Source: Desulfobaccales bacterium (lineage in GTDB: Bacteria; Desulfobacterota; Desulfobaccia; Desulfobaccales; 0-14-0-80-60-11). From it: DNA of 64,000 bases. The stretch covers positions 9,299-73,298 of the forward strand of contig JBKQLU010000044.1 of NCBI GenBank assembly GCA_052326585.1, written 5' to 3'. The notes beneath the pieces were generated by a model, which was not told the DNA's origin, did no database searches, and worked only from the letters and a program-made list of their open reading frames with translations. How positions within the stretch are numbered: the stretch's first letter is position 1; every line of letters begins with the position of its first letter. The translations under genes were made by a program, and so were the position numbers. Shown here one piece after another: positions 1 to 8,066 of this stretch.

Positions 1-353
1 AGACCCTGGATTATCATGGAGCAGAGAAGGGTCGCGGTCAGGATGAAGACCTCCTTTTCTTCTTTGGGGATCTTCTTGGATCGGTCCAGCGGATGCACCA
101 CCAGAAAGAAGAGTAGATAAGAAAAGATTACCGCGGAGAGGACGCCAAGGGCTATGCCGGCTGCTAGAGGCAACTTAAAGGCACTGATGAAAAACCAGGC
201 GACCATCGCCGACAGCACCAGAAAGGCGCCATGGGCGAGGTTCAAGATGCCCGCGGTGCCGAATATGAGGGAAAAGCCGACGGCGCCCAGCGCATAAATA
301 GAGCTGATGATAAAGCCATTAATCAATATCTGGAAGGCAACCTGCATGGGCAT
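1..353 (-). CDS. Branched-chain amino acid ABC transporter permease (LivH family), N-terminal part only; gene continues past the window start
   Basis: My own reverse-complement translation from ATG at 353 (alternative 347) gives MPMQVAFQILINGFIISSIYALGAVGFSLIFGTAGILNLAHGAFLVLSAMVAWFF..., a typical LivH N-terminus. It lies directly downstream of the LivK-like binding protein on the same strand. Confidence 0.7.
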   Translation of the reverse strand, partial: MPMQVAFQILINGFIISSIYALGAVGFSLIFGTAGILNLAHGAFLVLSAMVAWFFISAFKLPLAAGIALGVLSAVIFSYLLFFLVVHPLDRSKKIPKEEKEVFILTATLLCSMIIQG

Positions 354-593
354 CTCTTCATTATGTGGGGTAGAGGTGGAGGCAATAACATTAAGAGTGT
401 CGCAAGTGGCTGAGGTGAAGATGCCCGGAACGGAGCGAAAGGTTCAGCGCCGCCATGATCTTTCGGGCCGATGGCTGGGCCAGAGATGATCACGGGCCCA
501 TGCAGACGACAGGCTTACGGTTGCGGGGTTGGGAGTTCGTCAAACCGTAAGCCTGTGGCCCAATCGAGACCAACCGGTCCAGATTTAGATGAA

Positions 594-1829
594 CTATTTT
601 TTCTGCACAAAACTGGGGATGATTAAGGAACCCGTGGCCGCCTCCTGGGGCCAGACCGTCACCAGTTGCCCCTTTTGCCATTGCAGCAGCACGCCCATCC
701 CCAGGCCCTTGCCGAATTTGATGCCGTGGGCAAAGGGGCTCTCCCGGTCATAGAACTCGATATTGCCGATGACGCCGGTATCATGGGTCTCCTCCAGAGC
801 CTTGATCAAGGCCTCGGTTTCGGTGGATTTGGCCTTCTCCATGGCTTCTTTCAAGACGTAGATGGCATCATAAGTGGTGTAACCGGCGTATGCCGGGCTG
901 ATGTTGAAGGCCTTCTCATAGGCCTTCACGAAGGGGATCGTTTTGGGGGTGATGGGGCTGGGCGAACCTTCGGCTTGCGTGATAATTCCCTCGGTGGCGC
1001 CGTTGGTCTTTTCCCAGAAATCCGTGGTGCTGGCCTGGGCGTCCACCCCGGCAATCAGCAGGGGGATCTGTTGTTCATGCCACTGCACCGTCGGCTTCAG
1101 TCCCACATGGGCCCAGCCGGTGATGAGGACATCGGGATGTTCTTTCTCGATGGTCGCGAAAATCGGGGTAAAATCGTTGGTGTCGGGGGAAAAGCGCATA
1201 TGGCCGACAACCTTTAGGCCGGAGGTGGGCAAACATTTTAGATACTCGTCGTCGAGAGGCTCGGTCCAGGCGGCATTTTCACTGGCCACAAAGGCCGTCT
1301 TATATCCCAGCTTTTTGACCAGGTCATCCTGGGCAAAGCTGCAGACCATTTGCGCCATCTCGATGGCGTTGTATTTCAGTTGAAAGACGTACTTGTTGGC
1401 ATTGTAGTCGTCATGCACCAATTGGGTTATTTTGGGGGAGGCGGCGCCGGTGGTAATATAAATGGTATGCAAGCGGGCGGACCAGGGCGCCAGGGATAAG
1501 GCTACCTCGCTGATCCAACTGCCCACCACTGCGACGGCATGATCGTTATAAACCGCCCTTTGGAAATCTTGAACCGCTTCCGCAGACTTAACCTGGTCAT
1601 CGTAGACAGTCAGCTTTATCGGCCGTCCATCGATGCCGCCTTTGGCATTAATCTCCTCGACCGCAAGCTGCGCCCCATTTACTATGGCCTTGCCGACCAG
1701 CGTGGCCGATTCAGCGATAATGGCGATGTTAATGGGCTCTGCGGCCGGCGCGGCTGGAACTGAACCGAGACAGGAGAAGAGAATGCCCAAGACCATAAAA
1801 ACCAGCGACTTTCTAGCCCAAGTCCTCAT
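594..1829 (-). CDS. ABC transporter substrate-binding protein, LivK / branched-chain amino acid binding (Peripla_BP_6) family
   Basis: 411-aa ORF with a signal peptide (MRTWARKSLVFMVLGILFSCLGSVPAAPAA) and family-typical blocks (GAQLAVEEINAKGGIDGRPIKLTVYDDQ). RBS AAAGGAGG lies upstream of the start. A LivH-like permease follows. Confidence 0.85.
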   Translation of the reverse strand: MRTWARKSLVFMVLGILFSCLGSVPAAPAAEPINIAIIAESATLVGKAIVNGAQLAVEEINAKGGIDGRPIKLTVYDDQVKSAEAVQDFQRAVYNDHAVAVVGSWISEVALSLAPWSARLHTIYITTGAASPKITQLVHDDYNANKYVFQLKYNAIEMAQMVCSFAQDDLVKKLGYKTAFVASENAAWTEPLDDEYLKCLPTSGLKVVGHMRFSPDTNDFTPIFATIEKEHPDVLITGWAHVGLKPTVQWHEQQIPLLIAGVDAQASTTDFWEKTNGATEGIITQAEGSPSPITPKTIPFVKAYEKAFNISPAYAGYTTYDAIYVLKEAMEKAKSTETEALIKALEETHDTGVIGNIEFYDRESPFAHGIKFGKGLGMGVLLQWQKGQLVTVWPQEAATGSLIIPSFVQKK

Positions 1830-2039
1830 ATAAGCCTCCTTTACCAGGACTGGTTAAGAGTAGATTTTAAAAAACCGCTCGACTAGTTCTCCCGGCGGAC
1901 TTGGAGCTTAATCCGGATTCCGCCCGCAGCGCCTGCACCTCCGATTACTTTCGGACAACTGGCAGCCGTGGTCAGAGGGTGCTTGGCCGTCGAACTGGCG
2001 ATGGGGGAACCGGGATAAGTATCGGGCAGCCTCAAATCC

Positions 2040-2137
2040 GGGGCGGTCCAGGCCTGGCAACTGGCTCATAGTTCATAATATGAACGCCGGTTCTTTATTT
2101 GATTAATAGACGAAGGGGTTTCTCCTTGTCAAGGAAA
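2040..2137 (-). promoter_or_regulatory. Promoter/operator module copy 1 (upstream of the Liv-type operon). Minus-strand TTGACA (2127-2132), 18 nt, TATTAA (2103-2108), then inverted repeat GTTCAT-N3-ATGAAC (2071-2085).
   Basis: Near-identical to 4331-4427. The hexamers and palindrome were read directly from the sequence. Confidence 0.6.
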
Positions 2138-2204
2138 TCTTTGCCGTTTTCCTAAAGGCGCGATAACCCAAATTCCCCGGCTGACACCGTTCCTGCCCCG
2201 CCCC

Positions 2205-2849
2205 TCAATAACCCAAATCCTCGCCCACCAGTTTGACGTGGAGGCGGTCTTCAAAGCGCTGGCCCTCAATGATCGTCCATATATTACACAGCCGCCCCGG
2301 ACTGCGGCAGTCCTGGCAGCGGCCGGTTTCGGCGCAGGGAGTTTCCCGGTTGAGGCGGATGGCATTGATAGGGGCCGCCAGGTCTTTGACCCGGGCCATG
2401 GCGCTATCCAGATCGGGAGCCACTTTGTTCAGACCCACCACCAGGATGACCTTATCCGGCCCGAAACACATGGCGGCCACCCGGTTGCCGGTGGCATCGA
2501 GATTGACCAGTTTGCCGTCCATGGTCAGGGCATTGCTGCTGGCAATCATGTAATCGGCCAGCAAGCCTCGCCGCAGCAGGGCGTGGGCCTCCGCCGGGCT
2601 GAGCCCGGGGATGAAAGGATTAATTATTTCTACCCCCTTCCTCAGGGCCAGCGCCTCCCAGAGCCCCATCTCCACCAGGGACATGGAGCCGCAGCGGCTC
2701 ACCGTGGCGCCCTCCGGAATCATGGCGACGACTTCTTCCCGGGCCTGGGCGGCGGTGGGGGCATAGCTGGCCGCCATCCTTCTTTTGGTCAGTTGCTTGA
2801 TCAGGTGTTCAGCCAGTTTTTCCCGGAACTTGATCTGATGGGCGTCCAT
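2205..2849 (-). CDS. LUD-domain protein (lactate utilization protein C/YkgG-like, DUF162 family)
   Basis: 214-aa ORF. Its overall pattern (…VSRCGSMSLVEMGLWEAL…IINPF…LLADYMIASSNALTMDGKLVNLDATGNRVAAMCFGPDKVILVVGLNKV) is what I recognise as the LUD/YkgG family. It sits 10 nt downstream of the MFS gene on the same strand. Confidence 0.65.
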   Translation of the reverse strand: MDAHQIKFREKLAEHLIKQLTKRRMAASYAPTAAQAREEVVAMIPEGATVSRCGSMSLVEMGLWEALALRKGVEIINPFIPGLSPAEAHALLRRGLLADYMIASSNALTMDGKLVNLDATGNRVAAMCFGPDKVILVVGLNKVAPDLDSAMARVKDLAAPINAIRLNRETPCAETGRCQDCRSPGRLCNIWTIIEGQRFEDRLHVKLVGEDLGY

Positions 2850-2858
2850 GGAATCTCC

Positions 2859-4067
2859 TCAGGAGGTGCTCTCCGTTTCAACTGCCACGCAGATTTCATC
2901 GCTCGCCAGGGCCAGACGCGAGCTACAGATGCCGGCCACTACCGAAATGACCCCCATGACGAAGAAGCCGGCCATAAACGTGCCGCTGATATCCACCAGT
3001 TTGCCGATAATGGGGGGCAGCGCCATAACCCCAAATGATCCCCAGGTATTGACGAATCCCATGGCCAGACCAGGGTTGACCGGGCAGCTATCCTTGGCCC
3101 CGTTGAAGATCCCGGCAAAAGGCAAGCCGGCCATCATGCCGGTAAAGATGATTGCCAAAAGAGCCATGAGCACCCAGGCCGACAGCCCGATCAGGATATA
3201 GCCCAGGCCCAGCCCGATGCCCGAGTAAATTAACAGCTTTTTCGAGGTAAGAAAACCATGATCCAGGATATAGCCCCCCAAGGGGCGGGAGAAGATTCCC
3301 AACAGCAGCACAACTGAGCCGATCATGCCGGCGGTGGTCGGCACCAGGTGCAGGCTCTTGATTAATAGCGTATTAACCCAGACGCCAGCCGAAATGATGG
3401 TGCCGAAACTGGCCAGTTGCGCCAGAGAAAGAATCCAGATATTGCGGCTGCCTATGACTTTGCCCCATTCAATTTTGGCTACCTTCCCGGTGATGGGGGT
3501 TTTGGGGGCGAAAAACAACCAAAAGACGAAGAAGACCGCGGCCAGGCCGCCGGTGATAAAGAAGACGCCGTGCCAGCCGGCGGCCTTCATCAGTTGCGGT
3601 ATGCCATAGATGACGAATCCGGCGCCCAAGAGGATCGAACCACCGTAAACCCCCTGGGCCCGCTGAATCTCCTTGCCGGCAAAAAAGGTGGGGACATAAC
3701 GCAAACCGCCGACGATGGCCGAACCGGTGCCGATGCCGACGATGAATTTCCACACCAGGATCTGGGTGTAACTATTGGAAAATCCGATAAAGATATTGCC
3801 TGCGGCAATAATCAGGATACCGATGCTGCAAATGTTCTTGGCCCCGAACTTGTCGGAAAGCGCCCCGCCGGGTATCTGTAAGGCCCCGTGGGCCAAAAAG
3901 ATGGCCGTAGTAAATAATCCGGCCATGGCATAGGTTATGTTTAAATCTTTGACCAGGGTCGGCACCAGGGGGCCGTGGTTGGTATAGTTGACCGCGAGAA
4001 TAAAACCCAGGAAAGAGATATAGGTTAAGGCCTTCCATCTCTGTGCCCAGAATAGTTCCATCTCCAT
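2859..4067 (-). CDS. MFS transporter
   Basis: 402-aa ORF, about 12 hydrophobic segments, with the MFS loop motif GALSDKFGAKN after TM2. Confidence 0.8.
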   Translation of the reverse strand: MEMELFWAQRWKALTYISFLGFILAVNYTNHGPLVPTLVKDLNITYAMAGLFTTAIFLAHGALQIPGGALSDKFGAKNICSIGILIIAAGNIFIGFSNSYTQILVWKFIVGIGTGSAIVGGLRYVPTFFAGKEIQRAQGVYGGSILLGAGFVIYGIPQLMKAAGWHGVFFITGGLAAVFFVFWLFFAPKTPITGKVAKIEWGKVIGSRNIWILSLAQLASFGTIISAGVWVNTLLIKSLHLVPTTAGMIGSVVLLLGIFSRPLGGYILDHGFLTSKKLLIYSGIGLGLGYILIGLSAWVLMALLAIIFTGMMAGLPFAGIFNGAKDSCPVNPGLAMGFVNTWGSFGVMALPPIIGKLVDISGTFMAGFFVMGVISVVAGICSSRLALASDEICVAVETESTS

Positions 4068-4330
4068 GGCTTTCCCCTTCTAATCCGAGATTATGCGGCT
4101 CACCTTGGCCACCACAGTCGAAAAATAGTTTGCTAACCTCCCCTGCCCGGTTCAATCCGGAATAGCATTACGCTTGGTTGGAGTTAGGCCGGGCTGAGGC
4201 GATCCCGGAAAAGAACCACCTTCGAACCTGAGAGGGAAACCGGAATAAATATTGGACAACAGAAATAGAGTGGAGACTTCCCGGGACGGTTTTCCGGACA
4301 GGGCTCCACCAAGACGGATTCCTCACATCT

Positions 4331-4427
4331 GGGGCGGTCCAGGCCTGGCAGCCGGTTTAGGTTCATATGATGAACGCCGCTTCTTTATTCGATTAATAGA
4401 CGAACGAGTTTGCCCTTGTCAAGGAAA
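4331..4427 (-). promoter_or_regulatory. Promoter/operator module copy 2 (upstream of the MFS-LUD operon). Same -35/-10 arrangement and inverted repeat GTTCAT-N3-ATGAAC (4361-4375).
   Basis: Aligns almost base for base with 2040-2137. Confidence 0.6.
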
Positions 4428-4500
4428 ACTTGGGTGAGATTTGCCGGTATTGGATCCAAGGGCGTCCCTGGTCTCCAGTTCAACCCGCTGGATAAACGGA

Positions 4501-4533
4501 AACAAAAAAGGCAGGGCCATGACTGCCCTTGCC
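4501..4533 (-). terminator. Rho-independent terminator (minus strand) of the type found after PEP-CTERM genes elsewhere in the window
   Basis: The minus strand reads GGCAAGGGCAGTCATGGCCCTGCCTTTTTTGTTTCC. This is nearly the same as the terminator at 43150-43185 (GGCAGGGTCAGCCATGGCCCTACCTTTTTTGTTTCC). Confidence 0.6.
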
Positions 4534-4537
4534 TTGA

Positions 4538-4636
4538 CTATTTGCCGAGATGGAAAATCTGCTTAAGCCTTCCTGCCCCCCATCCTACCAGACCCAGGAT
4601 GCAGGAACCGAAGAGAAGCAGAGAGGGGGGAGAGGA
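4538..4636 (-). pseudogene. Orphan PEP-CTERM sorting-signal fragment (C-terminal tail only)
   Basis: My minus-strand translation gives ...SSPPSLLLFGSCILGLVGWGAGRLKQIFHLGK*. It resembles the tail VPLPPSLLLLGSGLLGMAGFGWRRRKA of the gene at 54965-55600. There is no upstream gene body, start codon or signal peptide. Confidence 0.4.
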
Positions 4637-4760
4637 ACGGTACAGGCGTCTCGCACCAAGAACATGAGGCCGTTCTAGTCCTCGTCGGGAGATAAGTTAT
4701 ATAAATATCATTTTTATATGAATAAGTTACCCTATAATTAATAACTGCAGGAAAAATATC

Positions 4761-4788
4761 TTGACAGTAGAAATTGATGTGTTATAAG
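4761..4788 (+). promoter_or_regulatory. Putative sigma70 promoter for the grd-like operon (TTGACA, 16 nt, TATAAG)
   Basis: Hexamers read directly from the sequence in an AT-rich intergenic region. A leader of about 260 nt follows. Confidence 0.45.
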
Positions 4789-5049
4789 ATTTTTTTAAAT
4801 CATGCAGTGTGTTAACTTCTTACACTCTGCGTAATACACCCCATGAAAATGCAAAACAGATAACAGTGAGGTAGATGAGCCTAAGATTTTCACCTTAGAA
4901 GGCAGTTGAAAAATTAGCTAATGTAGGTCGCGTTTGGCCACAAAAGATGCTGAAATCTGGACCGATAAAGCTTGGCAAGGAAAGTCACGGAGATGTCGCT
5001 CTCGGAAGTGGTAATGGACCGTCAACCCTTACGCAAAGGAAGGAGAATT

Positions 5050-5235
5050 ATGGCAGCGAGGACAGGTGAGAAGGCCGGTGCAGATCCGAAGTTTCAAGAC
5101 ATGTTGCTGCAGGCCGGCTTTGAGTTGGGTTTTCTGGACCTGCAGGCCATCAAGTATTGGTGGGATTCGGATTTCGAGAGTGTTGCAGAAGTCTCGAAAC
5201 ACGGGGGTGCACAAGCATGGCACGCTTGGAATTAG
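5050..5235 (+). CDS. Small hypothetical protein (61 aa)
   Basis: Strong RBS (AAGGAAGGAGAATT-ATG). The sequence is MAARTGEKAGADPKFQDMLLQAGFELGFLDLQAIKYWWDSDFESVAEVSKHGGAQAWHAWN. It overlaps the grdE-like start by 19 nt. I recognise no family. Confidence 0.35.
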   Translation: MAARTGEKAGADPKFQDMLLQAGFELGFLDLQAIKYWWDSDFESVAEVSKHGGAQAWHAWN

Positions 5236-6488
5236 GTTCCTTTATTGTCCGGTCCGCCCGATTCGGAGACCGGACAGCTTATCGTGACGGCGTTCTCACC
5301 ATCGAGGATAAGGCGATACGAAGCCTGATCCTCCAGGACGGGCGAATCAAGGATGTTCAGCTCCACCTGGTATTCCCCGGGGATTCTGTCCGGGTAATCC
5401 GGGTATTGGATGCCATCGAACCGCTCTTTAAAGTGAGCGGTCCATCCTGTGCCTTCCCGGGATTCAATGGTCCGCCGCGCACCTGCGGCTCCGGCCGCAC
5501 CCACCGCCTCGAAGGTTTCACAGTAGTGGAGGTGGGGGACTTCCCTTTCCCGGCCAGCGGAGTTCATGCCTTTGAAGAAGGCATCATCGAGATGTCCGGA
5601 CCTGGTGCGGTTTATAGTGGCTGCTCCGATCGGGTCAACCTGTTGCTGGAATTTGTGCCGGGAGAGGCCTCCACTAATATGGAGTACGATGATGCCCTGC
5701 GTCGCGCCGCGCTGCGGGTGGCCGACTATTTGGCAGGGGCGACCCGGGAACTCACTCCTCCGCAAATGGAAATTTTCGGACTTGACCAAGAGACTGCGGG
5801 CCTGCCGCGGATTGTCTGGGTGCATCAGGTTCGGGCTCAGGGGCCGATGCTCCAGACCCATGTTTATGGCCACGAGTTCAGCGGCTGCCTGCCCACCATC
5901 CTGCATCCCAACGAAATGCTGGATGGAGCCGTCATTGGCTCAAATTACAAGATCGGCACCCGGACGCCTACTTTTCGGCATACCTGGCACCCCTCCCTCG
6001 TCGCCCTTTACCAGAGGCATGGCAAGGAGCTCAACTTCGGGGGGGTGATCATTTCCCGGGGCCACCATGAGACCGAATTTCTGAAGGAACGTTCGGCCCA
6101 GTTTGTAGCCAAGCTGGCAGGCATGCTCGGCGCGGACGGGGCTCTGTGCACCTACGAAGCGACCGGTAATACCCATATAGATTTCATGCTGACCGTCCAG
6201 GCCCTCGAAAAGACAGGGATTACCACCGGGATTGTCGTCCACGAGTACGGCGGGCCCGAAGGCAGGGACATTCCCCTGGTCGACTTCGTGCCCGAAGCCG
6301 TGGCCATGGCCAGCAGCGGGGGGATCGACCGGCGGCTGCAACTCCCACCCGTCGCCCGGGTGATTGGGGGAACCCACCTGGCGCACCGGGGCGAGCCAGC
6401 CCAGGGGGAACTCGATCTGCCGCTTCAGGAACTCTATGCCGCGACCATCGAGACCAACCAGCGCGGCGTTACGGCACAGGAGTATTGA
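5217..6488 (+). CDS. Glycine/sarcosine/betaine reductase complex component B, GrdE/GrdG/GrdI-like subunit
   Basis: From MARLELGSFIVRSARFG the protein is collinear with clostridial GrdE as I recall it. Shared blocks are VFPGDSVRVIRVLDAIEP..KV.GP, GRTH, EEGIIEMSGPGA, PTILHPNEMLDGAVIG and HGKELNFGGVII. I chose the start at 5217 rather than the ORF-track start at 5157. Confidence 0.8.
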   Translation: MARLELGSFIVRSARFGDRTAYRDGVLTIEDKAIRSLILQDGRIKDVQLHLVFPGDSVRVIRVLDAIEPLFKVSGPSCAFPGFNGPPRTCGSGRTHRLEGFTVVEVGDFPFPASGVHAFEEGIIEMSGPGAVYSGCSDRVNLLLEFVPGEASTNMEYDDALRRAALRVADYLAGATRELTPPQMEIFGLDQETAGLPRIVWVHQVRAQGPMLQTHVYGHEFSGCLPTILHPNEMLDGAVIGSNYKIGTRTPTFRHTWHPSLVALYQRHGKELNFGGVIISRGHHETEFLKERSAQFVAKLAGMLGADGALCTYEATGNTHIDFMLTVQALEKTGITTGIVVHEYGGPEGRDIPLVDFVPEAVAMASSGGIDRRLQLPPVARVIGGTHLAHRGEPAQGELDLPLQELYAATIETNQRGVTAQEY

Positions 6489-6490
6489 TC

Positions 6491-7798
6491 ATGCGCATTG
6501 TCCATTATCTGAATCAGTTTTTTGGCGGGATTGGCGGCGAAGACAAAGCGGACTTCCCTCCCCAAGCCAGGCCCGGAGCAATCGGTCCTGGCCAGGCCCT
6601 CCAGCACGCCCTGGGCGAGGAAGCCGAGATCGTGGGTACGGTGATCTGCGGAGACGGCCTCTTTGCTGACCACCTGGAGCAGACTGCTGCCGCGGTTCTC
6701 AAGCTGATCGCCGGATTTGCCCCCGACGTGGTTATTGCCGGGCCCGCCTTCAATTCCGGGCGCTACGGCCTGGCCTGCGGCCGGGTCTGCGCCGACGTGG
6801 TAAATCATCTCGGCAAGCCTACGGTCACCGGGATGTTCAAGGAAAATGCCGCGGTCGAACTCTATCGGAATTTACTAATCGTGCCGACCAGCGCCTCGGC
6901 CGTCGGCATGAAAGAAGCTCTTGCCGACATGGCTCGTCTGGCCTTGAAGCTTGGGCGCGGAGAACCCCTGGGCCCCGCGGCTGCCGAGGGCTATCTGCCT
7001 CGCGGCCAGCGGGTCAACGCGCTGGTGGCAGGATCCGCCTCCTCGAGGGCCCTCGATCTCCTCTTGGCCCGGGTAAATGGGCGTCCTTTCACCACCGAGG
7101 TCCCGCTGCCAAATTATGACAAAGTCCCCCCGCCTCCGCCGGTGCTCGATGCGGCGCGGCTGCGCCTGGCCGTGGTAACCGAGTCCGGGCTGGTCCCCAG
7201 CGGCAACCCTGACAAGCTGGAGTGGGTGCGCGCCTCAAAGTGGTTCAAGTATAGCATCGCAGGGAAGGATTCACTGAAGTCCGGTGAATACGAGGTGATC
7301 CACGGTGGCTATGATGCGGTGCACACTCTCGCCGATCCTAACCGGATGGTCCCGGTGGACGCCCTGCGGGAACTCGTCCGGCGCGGCGAGCTCGGTGAGC
7401 TTCTGGAATCATATTACGTGACCTGCGGGAATCACGGCATATTAAGCGAGATGGCCCAGCACGCCAGGGAGATCGCCGCGGACCTGCTGGCTCAGAAGGT
7501 GGGGGCGGCCTTGCTGGTTGCCACCTGAGGGTCGGGAACTCGTAGCGGTGCTACGATGGGAAAAGAGTTGGAAAGAGCGGGCCTGCCCACAGTGACGGTA
7601 ACCAGCTTGACCGCGGTGGCGCTCAAGGTTGGCGCCAACCGCGTCCTCCGGGGGACTCGTTTCAGTTGTCCCTGCGGCAACCCGGCCCTCTCTGAAAAAG
7701 ACGAGAAGGCCTGGAGGATCAAATTCGCCAGGTCAATCATAAAAGCTCTTCAGACTAAGGTTGACGGGCCTACCCTGTTCGAACCGGAGGCCATGTGA
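6491..7798 (+). CDS. Selenoprotein B of a glycine/sarcosine/betaine-type reductase (GrdB/GrdF/GrdH family). The in-frame UGA at 7526-7528 is read as selenocysteine.
   Basis: ORFs 6485-7528 and 7556-7798 are in the same frame, separated only by TGA plus 9 sense codons. The joined protein has the GrdB hallmarks VHYLNQFFGGIGGEDKAD, ICGD, AGPAFNSGRYGLACG, HGGYD and LLVAT-U-GSGTRSGATMGKELERAGLP...GNPAL. RBS AGGAG lies 7 nt before ATG 6491. Confidence 0.85.
7529..7556 (+). promoter_or_regulatory. Candidate bacterial SECIS hairpin downstream of the UGA codon
   Basis: TCGTAGC-GGT-GCTACGA (7540-7556) is a 7-bp stem with an apical loop beginning GG. The loop starts 18 nt after the UGA. Confidence 0.55.
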
Positions 7799-8052
7799 TG
7801 ATACAGGTAGCCGCCCCTGGCGGGAAGGCCTGCCAGTTAGCACTGAGAAGCGTGCGGCGAAGACAAGGCAGATACGGGCTTGTCGTGAAGGAAGGCGCCG
7901 TAGGCCCCGGCATGGCTCTTCAAAAAGAGCTGAATGGCAAGGCTGAAATTGGAGCTACCCTAATCTGTGGCGACAATTACTTTTTCCAAGATCCTGAAAA
8001 AGGAGGAGAAGAAGGGCTCAAACTCATTGAGCTTTATCAACCGGATATATAG
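7795..8052 (+). pseudogene. Decayed N-terminal fragment of a second grdB-like gene
   Basis: The ORF encodes ...KEGAVGPGMALQKELNGKAEIGATLICGDNYFFQDPEKGGEEGLKLIELYQPDI*, which matches GrdB residues around 25-80. The preceding GEDKAD block (7853-7870) is in another frame and is preceded by stops. The fragment stops where the PAFN..GRYG block should follow. Confidence 0.55.
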
Positions 8053-8066
8053 GGAAGACAGATGTT

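Noticed and set aside
1830-2039. Possible riboswitch in the long leaders of the Liv-type operon (1830-2095) and the MFS-LUD operon (4068-4386)
   Set aside because: I looked for cobalamin, glycine, SAM, TPP and lysine core blocks and found none. The two leaders are not similar to each other beyond the promoter/operator module. I leave them as long leaders of unknown function.
4790-5049. Possible glycine riboswitch in the leader of the grd-like operon
   Set aside because: It contains one good hairpin (GCAGTGTGT...ACACTCTGC, about 4804-4830). It lacks the GGAGAG...ACCGAAGGGGCAA-type conserved cores of glycine riboswitches.
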